Source of the DNA: Azolla caroliniana
Lineage: Eukaryota > Plantae > Polypodiophyta
Length of the DNA stretch: 64,000 nucleotides
Assembly: GCA_043228905.1 (NCBI GenBank)
Contig: JBHGNT010000014.1
Span: 1,860,001-1,924,000, forward strand
Direction: 5' to 3'
Shown: piece by piece, positions 11,401-23,261 of the stretch
How the letters are laid out: each line of letters starts with the position of its first letter
How positions within the stretch are numbered: position 1 is the first letter of the stretch
Notes under the pieces: generated by a model
Told to the model about the DNA's origin: nothing
Seen by the model: only the letters and a program-made list of their open reading frames with translations
The model's database searches: none
Translations under genes and position numbers: made by a program

Positions 11401-13910
11401 TCTTCTTATTCCCTGATTGCATAGAAAATCAGAAAATTCATTGGAGAAATACTCTCCTCCTCCATCAGATCTTAAACATTTTATTCTTGTACCTGCTTGC
11501 TTTTCTACCATGCATTTAAACTTACGAAAACATTCAAACACTTCACTTTTCTCTTTCATGAAATACACCCATGTTTTCCTTGAGCAATCATCAATAAAAG
11601 TTACATAAAATCTGCAGCCACCGATAGATGCATTCTTAGTTGGTCCCCATACATCCGTATGTACCAAATCCAACAAATTTTTACTTACATGTCTTTCATG
11701 AGGGAATGACAACCTATTTTGCTTTCCATATTGACATGCTTCACATATCTTTCCCATTTCACAATTTTTCAGTTTTGGCAGTCCAGCCACTGCATCTTTT
11801 CTCAACATATTCTTTAGGGTTTGCATACTTATGTGGCCAATCCTTTTATGCCACATTTCCACATCTGAGACTACACTCATTCCATTTGCAAACATAGCTG
11901 AAATCTGTCTAGGCATGTCAACATCCAAAATAAACATTCTTCCTTGTCGTTTTCCTTTTGCAATGAGCTTCCCATTCTTTTCTATATAGCATCCACTTTG
12001 CTTAAACTTTACTTGCATACCTTGCTCTACTATCTGTCCAACAGAAATCAGATTCTTAGCAAGATTTGGAACATGCATTACACTCAACATATACTTAGTC
12101 TTTCCTTTTTCTTCCCACAATGGGATATCTCCAACATGTTCTATTTGGTGAGTACTATTATCAGCCGTCTGTACATAGCCAGGAATCTCTGGTTCTCTCA
12201 ACCTTTCAAACGAGTTTGCATGTCCAGTCATATGGTTAGATGCCCCCGAGTCTACATACCATGTAAACTCTTCATTACATTTCTGTGAGCTTTCAGCCAC
12301 TGCTGCTATCTCATGTTGTACCACAAATGCACCATCTTTTTCACAATCTTCACTAGTTTGGGCATAGTTATTCTGCTGTCTCTTTCCTCTTTGCTCATCA
12401 TTTTGCTTCTTGTAACATTCAGCTTGTGTGTGGCCTGGTTTTCCACAATACCAACAACCATCATCATTTACATATGTTTGCTTACCTCTACCTTGGTTGC
12501 TCCCCCTGCCTCTGTTGTTATTTCTTCCTCTAATGGTTTGTTGTCCTCTTCCTTGATAACCATTATTGTTGGTTCTTGCTGAGCCAAATCTTCCATGGCC
12601 TCTTCCTCGGCCTCTTCCAGCACTATTATATAGGGCTTGCCCCTCATTCTCAAGATTTCCTTTATTTACATCATCCATCTGATTCCTTTCTTCTACTACA
12701 AGCATTGAAACCAAATCTAGAAAGCTTGGGATACTATCCCTTATAAGCATAGAGGTTTTAAAGCTTTTGTATTGAGGTCCTAAGCCTCTTAAGCATATTT
12801 CTACCTTATCATCATCTTCTATCTTTACATTGATAGAAGCAAGTGATTCACATATGCTCTTTATTTTCAAGGCATACTCATTTATTGACATCTTACCTTT
12901 TTATAAGGTATTTAGCTCAGTCTTCAACTGTAGCTTTCTAGCTTTTGTGTTTACTGCAAACAGTTTTACCAAACTGTCCTAAGCTTCTTTTGGGAGCATA
13001 GCATCCTGTATGTGCCCAAGCATCGAATCTGAGATGCTCAGTGAGAACCAATGCATTACCTTCCTTGCCCCTTGATTCCAATCTTTGAATGCTTTAATCT
13101 GTGCTGCTGTGGCATTTTCTTCTGGGATCTCCAGAGCCTCTTCTAGGTCTCCTTCAATGTAATCCCAGTATCCTTTCCCCATTAGGAAATTTGTCATTCT
13201 AAATTTCCACGCCGGAAAATTGTTTTTATCTAGTTTCTCTGTAACTATTTGGCCCGCATTCTCTGCAAACATTATCTCTTCCAAACAAGGGTTTCTGCTA
13301 CGATTACTTCAACAAGTACCTTTCTGATTCAGATCAACAAACAAAGAAATACCTTTCTCAGATCTATGCACTTTTGTACTCTTCTTTATGAGCAACTCTG
13401 CTCTAATACCATGTTAAGAAAACGTGAAGAAGGCACTCGGGCTCTTCTTATGTGCGCGGCGGATCGTGGTGTGCTAGATCGTTTAGTGCTCAAACACAGA
13501 AGGGAAGGGGGAAGGAGACTTACCTCTATAGCAGCCAAAACTTCTTCTATTTCATTATACGCGAAGCTCTACTTGCTCTCGTCTATTTCTTTCTTTTTCT
13601 CTCACTCTCTGAGTTCTTCCTCTCTTTCCTCACTCTCTCTCTCAGAGTTCTACTTCCTGTGTTTCTTACTTACCTTTCTCTTACTTTCTACCTAAGTAAT
13701 AAGTTACTTACGTATGCAGCTAATTAGCTGTCAGTCGCTAAATAGTTGTCAGTAGCTAATTAGCTGTCAGTCGCTAAATAGCTGTCAGTCGCTAAATAGC
13801 TGTCAGTAGCTAATTAGTTGTTTCTCCTTTATGTTCACAAGTAGCTAAATAGCTACGATAGCTTATTTCCCAATAAGCATCACATACCATGTTGAGCTTG
13901 CTTCTCAACA
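8422..13910 (-). mobile_element. Full-length Ty1/Copia element with near-identical LTRs (8422-8902, 13412-13910) and TSD TAGTA
   Basis: TG..CA LTRs; TAGTA at 8417-8421 and 13911-13915; PBS TGGTATTAGAGC; PPT at 8903-8910. Confidence 0.96.
8921..13284 (-). pseudogene. Copia Gag-Pol polyprotein with one in-frame stop (12979) and one frameshift (about 11240)
   Basis: CCHC knuckle, WYVDSGAS protease, WHKRIGH..CEAC and the integrase core, YVDD RT and RNase H, spread over three ORFs. Confidence 0.93.
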
Positions 13911-15587
13911 TAGTAATCATCTAGTCTTGCATAAAAAATACCTTCGATGTAGAATGCCCGGTAGAAACAACATTTCCCCAAGCATCTAATATATTCTGCG
14001 TTGCACACTGTTTACTAATCGTGCACTAAAATATATAGAAATCGACACCCTCTGAATTGCCTTCTTCTGCATTTACAGCAAAATTATCCCCAACATTTAA
14101 GACATCACTCAAAGTATCTCCATGTCCTTGATATGTGAAGTCAACATTATTTTCTGTTTCTCCATCAACTACTTCCTTATCGTTCAATGTATGATACTCC
14201 CAATTCTGAATATATGCTTTGTTTAAACAATACCTCCAATTTCCCTGCACACAATGGAAGCAAAAACAAGTTAATTCTCTAACCGCAATACAATCACCAT
14301 CCAACCTAGAATAATCGTGAACAGCATGGAGAGATCGCAATTTGGGAATTTCTAGCACTCCCAAGTCTTCTCCCTATTTACATCATTTATCTTCACTTCC
14401 CAAAATTCACGTTTGATATCTCGGACATAATTGCCCTTAAAAATTCAACTACATGTGTTGCACAATTCATCTGCACACCATCTGCCTTTAGTTGTTCATG
14501 GGTAAGTGTCTGCTTTATAACAACACCTGCAACATCATGTTCACCTTTACCATGGCCAGACCCAAAAAAATTCCATCTCATCTCCAAACCTGTTATAGCA
14601 GGATACCTCCCCACAAAATAAAATGGACGTCTAGCCTTGATTTGTGACGCAGCTACATCAGACCAGACCCAATGTTGAGTAAGCTCCAAACGTTTAGCTA
14701 ATAACCATTGCCAATGTAAGTTAAAACAATGTTGGACGAACAAGGTGTCATGCTTCTTATAATCAAAAATAAAAAAATGAATTACTTTTTTAACATCACC
14801 TGAAACTCGAAAATATATTATGTGCACAAAAATGGTTACCTGCGTTGAACACCAATGCATAGATTGAATTTCATTCTTCTGCTTGAAAGTATAATTCTCT
14901 GCGAAATCTAATACTGAGACTACTACATCATTTGGAAAATCATATATGCAAGTCTTAAACTGATGGGCTTGCCATGAATAAATGAAGTTATGTTTAATGA
15001 ACTTTCCTAGAGATACTACAAATAGAGACGCCAAATCCCTTGGTTTAAGTGACTTCCTAACTAGATCCTTTCTTTTACACACCTTTCCTTAGAAATTGGT
15101 GTCAACTGACTCAAATAACTTGATAGAGGTTAGTATTTCACTACTCAATTCATTTGGACACCACCTAAATCTACTAGGGCCACAATCTTGACATAAACCC
15201 ATGACACATTTATGATTGTGGAAGATGGCCTCAATTTCTGTCGGACACAATACTGAATCTAAAAGACAACTCATAGAAGAGATAACATGCTCAGATGATA
15301 TACAGTGCTCATGCGGGCTCGATCAACAAATTGGGCACACACAAGTGCAAATTGCATTTGTTACCGAGGCGCTATGGTGACGTAGTAGATTAACAAAGTC
15401 CTTGAGAAAACCCATTTGTACATGGTAAATGCAACAACATGTGCATCAATCCTTCAAGCGTCTCACAAAGTGTGGCTTAAGAGACTCGAATGTTCGTAGT
15501 TGAACTTTGATATTTGGATGCATTCGCCTGAACCTAATAAATAAATCGACTTGCGTCATAAAATGGACATACTGATTAACTCTATGG

Positions 15588-15724
15588 CTAAGTGGTAGCT
15601 AATTAGCTACTACCATAGTTTAGTACAGTAGCTAATTAGCTAAGTGGTAGCTAATTAGCTACTACCATACTTTAGTTGAGTAGCTAATTAGCTAAGTGGT
15701 AGCTAATTCACTACTACCATAGTT
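15588..15724. repeat. TAGCTAATTAGCTA-based minisatellite, left part (inside the Sola2 transposase intron)
   Basis: Units such as AAGTGGTAGCTAATTAGCTACTACCATAGTTTAGTACAG; the array continues at 23262. Confidence 0.9.
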
Positions 15725-16051
15725 AACACCGGGTCATTTGAAAAAGGTAATATGTCGCATTATGAGAACACTACGTCAAAAAAGGGCACAAAAGCACGCA
15801 GTTTTCAAAAAGACACGACGCATGCGTAAAGCTTTTCAGAAAAGGTGGCAAAATATATTGAATTTCAACATGACTACCACTTTGAGTCATAAGTAAAATG
15901 CGTCCAAAAATACATCACCAAAATTACAAAATAATGTACAACATGTCTACCAGTTACAATTATACATATTCGTGAGTTTACATCCAAAACAAATTTACAA
16001 AGTTTCCGATCATGTAGTAAAACAATCCCCAGCTTGAACCAAACCAATATA

Positions 16052-18723
16052 TTAAGACATGTCTGATGGACTAGAAGAGCATTCTGACGTCTCATCCTCA
16101 TCATCAGTGGCAATCAAAGCATTATCCTCATCCAAGTCCAACCCAACATCTTTGTGGTTATGAGAATTGCTTCTGGTTATTCTCTGTATTTCGTTTGACA
16201 CCATGTTTGGGATTTTCTCCTTTATTATCTTGATAGTTGCTTGTCTTAGATGACCTGATTTTGTCAATGAGAAGTCATATACTAGTATGTCAACACGGTC
16301 TAGTGCGAGAGTAGCCGTGCTCGGTATATTCTTTCTTCTTCTCTTTCTGCTTGAACATCCGACATCCTTAACCATCTCTAAAGAATATTTTCCTATAAAT
16401 GCATCAGTTGAATTTGTCTGATACCAATGGACTACTATTGACTTTGTCTGACTACTTTCTTCATCCCTTACTAATTCAATAATTTTTGCAATCCAAAATG
16501 GATGGCCCAAGGTATCGTCCCCTGCTAATGTTGCAACCAACATTCCCACTTGTAGTTCTTGCAAATTACCTTGCCATCTTGCCTCAACAGTACGTGACTT
16601 TCTTGGTCCCACATAAATATCTCTTTGCAGTGGCCGAACTAAATCATGAAGCTCCATATTATTCGATTGTTGGTGATGAGTCTGCGATATCGTTGATGTC
16701 ATCCCAATGTTCCATGTGAATGGGATACGGATTGGCCATAAACCGGCGATGTAATTATCTAAAATGGTGCGTTGATGGGTGAAGAAAATCTCCCACCATT
16801 CAACATCCTCATCACCGGCATACTTCTTAGTCCGATCAATATTATTTTGTTTCTCTGCTAGACATCTCAACCAATATGCCCTTTGTTCATCAATAGTACT
16901 ATTTGGTGCTACATTTTTACGATCATCATATGGCATTTGTTGTGCACCATGTAGAGGTTCATCTGGGATATGAAGAAGGAGCCTACAACCTTCTTGGGGC
17001 TCCCATTGTGCACTAGATGAGTATTGTTTCGCAAACAACACCGTCATCTTCAGGTGGGCCGATCTTTGTTTTATGAGGAAGACATGGTTGAAACTTATAT
17101 TGTTAAGAGGTGCAAGCACCCTACCTTTAGTCCCGTCACTATCCATGCAGAAACGTTTAAAGTCGTATACTTCTTCCAAGTGTTGTACTTCAGGCTTTGG
17201 TGTATATGCTTCACTAATCAATTTGGATAGCGTGGGAAGTGTGAAAGCATTACAACAAGCAAGTTTCTTTGAGAACCTACTGAACATTTGATCTATGTGA
17301 TCATGGGTATGACCAACCAACAAGAAGTTAACCTTTATCTTTTTAAATATGCCCCTCTCTACTAGCATGCTTAGATAGCCGAAGATAGTTGAGTTCTTAT
17401 TCTCTCTTGTTGTGTTGTCTAGTTGCACATATAGAACTGGCGGGAGTATACCTGACCATGATGGCAATACCCTGTGCATGACAGTGACAGTAAGATTAGG
17501 GTCGTTGTGGATATTGGGATAAGTTAAGAACACTTGTGGTCTTATAGTTTGACAATATGTCAAACAACCCACTAGATGCATTTGCACGAGACACTCATCT
17601 CCAATATCCTTGGGGAGTCTTTGAAAATGTGGCAAACAAGTTTTCTTTTGATCCATGCCGTCAATAATCATGCACATATACTTTTCGGGAGATTGAAACG
17701 CTTTTTGTCGGTGAGGCATAGCCTTAGTACGTTCCAATGCCTGACTTTCACGATGTTTTTTTAATAGGTTCTTGTAATTCTTGATCTCTACATCTGATTT
17801 TCCACCCTTGGCCATACTTTTTAAACTCGCACATATTGAGCAGACTCCCATTCGCACCTTTCGTGGGATAACCACTTTTTAAATTGTAACCTCCATAGTC
17901 GATTAAAATGCCTGTACTGTATGTAAGGCTCAACATTAGAAGACATGTCGTCCTTGTACGATTGGTAAACTTGCCTTCGAGTAAAGTTATCTGACAAATG
18001 AAGTCTTCCTGTCGTTGGCATAACTTCGCACTGTTTTGAAAAATATACCTCCATCCACCTAATTGCCTATTGCCCAATTTGACCCTTACATCCAGAACCA
18101 TTTTGATCGAAATATACCTAGGAGCCCTTCACAAGTCGCTCTTGAACTCGTTGCAGCCGCATATTTCCAATGATATGAGTGATTTTAAAAGTTGCTCGAC
18201 AACACTTGGTATTTAGTCCAAGGAAATATTCAACTTGCGTTGAATTAGGCCCTGCTTTGTGATCCAATTTAAGTTGCATATGCGAAAGAAGAAATGTATC
18301 TTGCTCTTCTCCATTAAGCGACAAGTTTTTTTGTCGTGTTTCACGTAACCTTGACTTTCCATAAGTTGATAGATAGAGATTCGCACAACACGATTTGTTC
18401 AAGTCGCATAGAAGTTGACGATCAGAACATAAGAAATTAAATCTCTTTTCACTAACTTGTCGAGGAACTCTTTTAAATGCTAGAGGTTTAGTAATGCTAT
18501 TGTTATCTATCGACGAAGAATCGTCCGCTTGTAAGCTTGCATGAAGAGGTCCATCAACAAGATCAATTGAAAACAGAGAATTCGAAGTACTAGGAGCCAC
18601 ACTTTTCTATTTAAGCCGCAAATGTTTTTTGTGGTCGTACTCTTCTATTGAGAAATACGAGTTGTCTGACAATGAAAAGGGGGCAATAGAAAAAAGAGAT
18701 GTTCTACTTGTAGAAGAAGACAT
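16052..18723 (-). pseudogene. Sola1-like (RNase H-fold DDD) transposase of about 890 codons, with three TAG stops and one frameshift in the N-terminal third
   Basis: Motifs CSIC, IIDGMDQ, VQLDN..RENKN and FLLVGHTHDHIDQMFS. ATG at 18723; in-frame TAG stops near 18607, 18118 and 18067; frame slip in the T-run at about 17876. Confidence 0.85.
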
Positions 18724-19020
18724 TTGAGGGAGTCTAACTGTATTCTAAAACCTTCTTTTTAGAAAATTAAGGAATACTAAAGCCTAACTATATAACTACC
18801 CAAACACTTAGATTTACTATATTATTTTCCGAAATTTTCCTAAAAAACAAATAATTAAAAATTATTTTTTATTTGAAAAAGAATGCTAAAGTCTTCTATA
18901 TAAGGAGGTTAGAAATTTCATTTTCATTATCACGTGAAAGAATCCATCGAGCTCAGAGCACAAGCCAATTTTCGAGCACTCAGAAGCACATCGTGGACAG
19001 CACTACCTCCGGCACGAACC
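18724..19020. promoter_or_regulatory. Putative bidirectional promoter between the transposase and methyltransferase genes
   Basis: 297-bp AT-rich gap between divergent ATGs, with CTATATAA boxes near 18788 and 18896. Confidence 0.55.
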
Positions 19021-22000
19021 ATGAACAAGGGAAAGAAAATCGTCAGGTTAGTAATATTCATTACATTTTTTAAGATTCCTAATGATTCCTTAAAGATTCC
19101 TTTCCTCAACACATAGAAATTTTATTTTATTTTGTACAACGAACTTGGAAAGCAATTCTGAAAGCCAGGACCTTCAACTAAAATCCGATGCAGTGCATCG
19201 GATTTTGGTTGAAAAAAATGTTGTTTTTGCGATAAAAAACTATCGCATGGGACCATAAAATTGACGTAATTTAAATGATAATTTGTGCGATTTAGATAAA
19301 ATTGTACGTTGTTTCTATGTTTTCACCAACGTTTTTAATTTCAGTGAACCCAGACAAAAAGTTCCTTCATTTAGATTGAAGATTCGATCTCCGACAAAAC
19401 GAGATTCTGGCTCCTTCATGAAGGACACGAGTAAAAAGAATTTATTTGACTTAACGGGGGAAGGAGGATCCAAGTCATCTGTGGCTACTACCAAAATCAG
19501 CAAAGGTAGTACGTAAGAGGAGAAAACGGTTGAGGTGAAATATAAGGATTACCCCGAACTTGAATGGTGTCTCTCTTATGTCGAGGACGATGGGGTGTTG
19601 TTATTGATAACGGCAAAATCGGACGAGGAAGGGAAACTTCAGCTTGGAAAAACATTTAATTACGGGCATGTAACCAAGCTAGAGTACGAAGACATTGACT
19701 CTACAAGTATTTTAATCGACGTCTCGAGCTCAGTTGGCAACAGGCGATTGCGACTTGATGAGGGAAACCTAGTACCCGAATCTTGCAATCCCAAGGCTTT
19801 GCGTAAAGACCTGCAAACGAAAAATAACTTGTTGGTAGCTCTTCGGCCGTACGTGACAAGAGAGATGATGACCGGTGAAGCAAAAACTCCACCAAAAAAG
19901 TCTAGGAAGACAAATCCTGTTCAAAAGAAATATACTAAACGACCACGACCCGAAGAAGAAGAAGAAGAAATATTAGAGTTCGTGGAAGAAGAAGACGACC
20001 AACAAGTCGACGTCGTGGCTCCAAGCGGACAACTATCTTCTGGTGTCCTGACGTCAGAACAAAATAAAATAAGAGAAAATATTGTGAAGACTAAACTTGT
20101 GCGCAGGGGCCAGCTATTTCATTTGCCCATTACTTCTATCCAAAGGCCCCCCATTGACCCCGTGACTGGAAGACGTCCCTTGGAAATTAGGGAGGCGCAC
20201 TCCGTCCATGTGCAAAACCTGAAAAGCAAAATGAAAATCAATCCTCACGCTACTGTGGTGCCATTTTTGGTAATGGTTGATCAAGAACAATGCCCAACAG
20301 TAGCAGATTTCAAGTATAGCTCTGCAGACGATTACACATACTATGTAATCGGAGGATCACATTCGGCCGAAGCTCGACGACAACTTGTCAAAGAATATCC
20401 TCTCACGCCGTTCTTCAAATACGCCGAATGTAACAATGACAACGATTATAGGCAAAAGATGTCATGTATAGAGAGGATAAGATTTTTTCATCATGAATAC
20501 CTCGATACCTTGAATCGTTTTGGTCCAAGATTGTGGCCTGGATTGCGACGTCAGTGTTTATTGGAAGTAGGGATTGCAGTGGATGAGAGTACCAAATCCG
20601 AAGGTCTCCGAAAATATGATTCTTGGTTTCAACTAGCTTTTCGGACCGGAGAGGTGTGGGATCTCCAAGACAAAATATTCTCTATGTGGGAGCAGAAAGA
20701 AGTCAAGGGGCAAAGATAAAAAAAGGGAAGAATTGATCCACAAGTTGAGATGAAATCAAAGACCAAGGGAAAAAGCGACTTGGTAATCGAGGAGTTAGCA
20801 GAGGACATGAAACTTTTACCTTGGAGATCATTACAAGGTATCAAAGATGATAGATTGTTAATATCCGTGCTATCTCGAGTGGTCGCCAAGGAATTTAGTT
20901 TGGACGAGATGGTAACAGACTTGCAAAAGTAAGTGTTTATAGTATACCTTTTCATGAAAGTCTTCAATTATTTTGAATATCTTATTTCTAATTTCATATT
21001 GATTGTGCAGTCACAAGGTATACATGAAGATTCAAGAGTTGATGATGCAAAAACTGAGTTTACCGACATGGGAAGAAGTTGAACAAGCCTGCCCGATAAC
21101 TTCTTCCTACAAGGCATTGGAGGAATATTTTATTGTATTTAGAGAATGGGTATGTGTCTTTTGAATGTTGATATGTTAGAGAGTAATGTTCCCTGCTAAC
21201 AACAATGACACTTGCAGAAACCATCAAAATCGAAAAAGAACAACGACAATAATGACGGTATTCCAGCGGCCTTCATCACGCACTTAGAACGTGCGAAATA
21301 TGAGAAGAGAATGACCAAAGGGAAGGAAATGGAACTGCCCGAGGATTCGGAGACTGTAAAGAGTTTTTTGCATAGGTCTGATCCTTTCAAACAGCTTCAT
21401 TATAGTGTTTTCAATGGCGAAGTATCCCAGATGCTCGAATTGTTACCGAGAAGGCACTACACTTTGTTGATAGCTGACATACCATATGGTTTCCGTATTG
21501 CGGGATCAACATATGATGATGTGCCTTTCAAGTACCCTCGGATCGAGAAAATGGTAAAGGATTTCGCAGAACTGACATTGGCCCCCTTGTGGAGGATAGT
21601 CATATTTCGTAGCATGGGGCAATCACTGTCAGTCACAACAGCTTTGAAGTCCCGTTGTCATGCCACTGAACACATGCATTGGTGCGTTATAGTTCTCTTT
21701 TACTCATTACAGTACTTCTTATTATATGTACACATTTACACCTCTAATACTTGATTTTCTTTCTCTATAGGATCAAAACAAATATTACACGTAGCCCTAG
21801 CGATCGAATGGTTAGTGCGGTCGAACATTTTTGTGTGGGCTACTATGATTCAATTACAAAGAAGAAGGCTAGAGCACATGTCAATGAGCGTAACGTGGTT
21901 AACTACATCATGTGCCCAACTGTAACCAAAAAATTAAGACATGTGTCAGGGGATAAAAGTATGGTGAACCCTTATCAAAAACCTCAAAGATTGATCAACC

Positions 22001-22500
22001 GCCTCATAGAGCTCTTCTCAAATCCAGATGATTGGGTCCTAGACTTGTTCTCTGGCACAGGTATAATATATATATTTAATTTCAATCATGTCAATCAAGT
22101 TTAAGACATTACTTCTTATATATACTTGTTTGTGTTCATGCGACCATTAGGTACAACGACAGCTTGTGCATTGAAGATGTTTAGAAACTGTGTTGCATTG
22201 GAGAAGGACCCTGCTCAAGTTAACTTCATCAAAATGAGGATCATAGGAATCTGGGACTGTCCAGATCAAGATCAAGAAGTCGGACCAAAACACATCAACG
22301 AGATAGAGATGTTCCAGATGACTTCACGAGAACCAATGGAACCAATTGATGAAGAAGCAGGGGAGCTGGTGGACCTGGAAGATGTAGCACAGTTTGACCA
22401 TACATCAGATTCGGGAGAGCTTGGAGATGACACGAATGAAAACAGTCTAGAACAATCAGCGCCAGAGGAGCCTGCTCTGCCTGATTTGCTTATAGATTGA
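19021..22500 (+). pseudogene. Six-exon gene for a ParB/Srx-like domain + beta-class N6-adenine/N4-cytosine DNA methyltransferase (about 950 aa; two premature TAA)
   Basis: Exons 19021-19046, 19345-20928, 21011-21149, 21218-21681, 21771-22060 and 22151-22500 have GT-AG ends and keep one frame (2853 nt). Motifs YYVIGGSHSAEA, LLIADIPYG, W|IKTN, NPYQKPQRLI.RLI, VLDLFSGTG|TT and ALEKD. Stops at 19514 and 20717. Confidence 0.88.
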
Positions 22501-23261
22501 TGTAGATGGCATAATGTAAAAATTGAGGATTTTGAGGCATAATGTTCACCATCACTTCATATTATATTTGTATATGAGAACATCTGTAATTGTTTATCGT
22601 TTAATTAAATTCACCTGTTCATAATTTCCCTTTTTAATCATTATTGGAACCGTTGTTTGTATTTACATATAATTGGTCACCATGCTCTTCTTCAGTTTGA
22701 GATATTAACATGATATTGTAATTTCTCATTTCCGTTAGCATGACTGTATATGAAAAGGCGAATGTTTTTGATAATAAGAGGTTTTTAGTTACCTACGGTT
22801 CAAGTCTATTGGTTCCACATAGTATAAATGAATGTCGTGCGTAATTGTTACTCTTACCAATTACATTGTCATGAACTATATGACATTATACAATGAAACT
22901 ATCGATATACCCGTCCAACAAGTGGGGTACTACTTTATTCCTAAACCCAAAACCACATATTTATAATTACGGTTTATGTAGTTTTACTCTACAATTTGAA
23001 TATGGATACCAATTTTAGAACTTTATATTGAACCAAGTCTTCAATTGTGCTCCATGATATGCAAATTGACACGAATGTGGACACATACAATTTAGTAATT
23101 GCTAGGTTTTTTTTGTTCTATATTTAACCATCAAGTCGCAAAAGGGGTACGCATGCATCGTATATTTTCGATATCAGGCTAAAATAGGGTACTTTTCTAC
23201 ATCTGGCCAACTATGCCAAAAGAGAATACGCCATATTACCTGTTTCAAATGACCCGATGTT

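Larger units (their letters stand above)
15725..23261. mobile_element. Sola1-like DNA transposon (7537 bp) carrying a ParB-DNA methyltransferase cargo gene
   Basis: 37-bp TIRs (15725-15761, 23225-23261; 33/37 identical) and AGTT TSD (15721-15724, 23262-23265). Removing the element restores the host satellite unit CCATAGTTTAGTAC. Confidence 0.93.

Noticed and set aside
19021-22500. Bacterial contamination or a restriction-modification operon
   Set aside because: The gene has spliceosomal introns and no nuclease partner, and it is embedded by TSD in plant TEs.
19021-22500. C5-cytosine DNMT or METTL3/MT-A70 RNA methylase
   Set aside because: There are no PC or ENV motifs. DIPY followed by PYQKP..LI and DLFSGTG fits N6_N4_Mtase rather than DPPW-type MT-A70.
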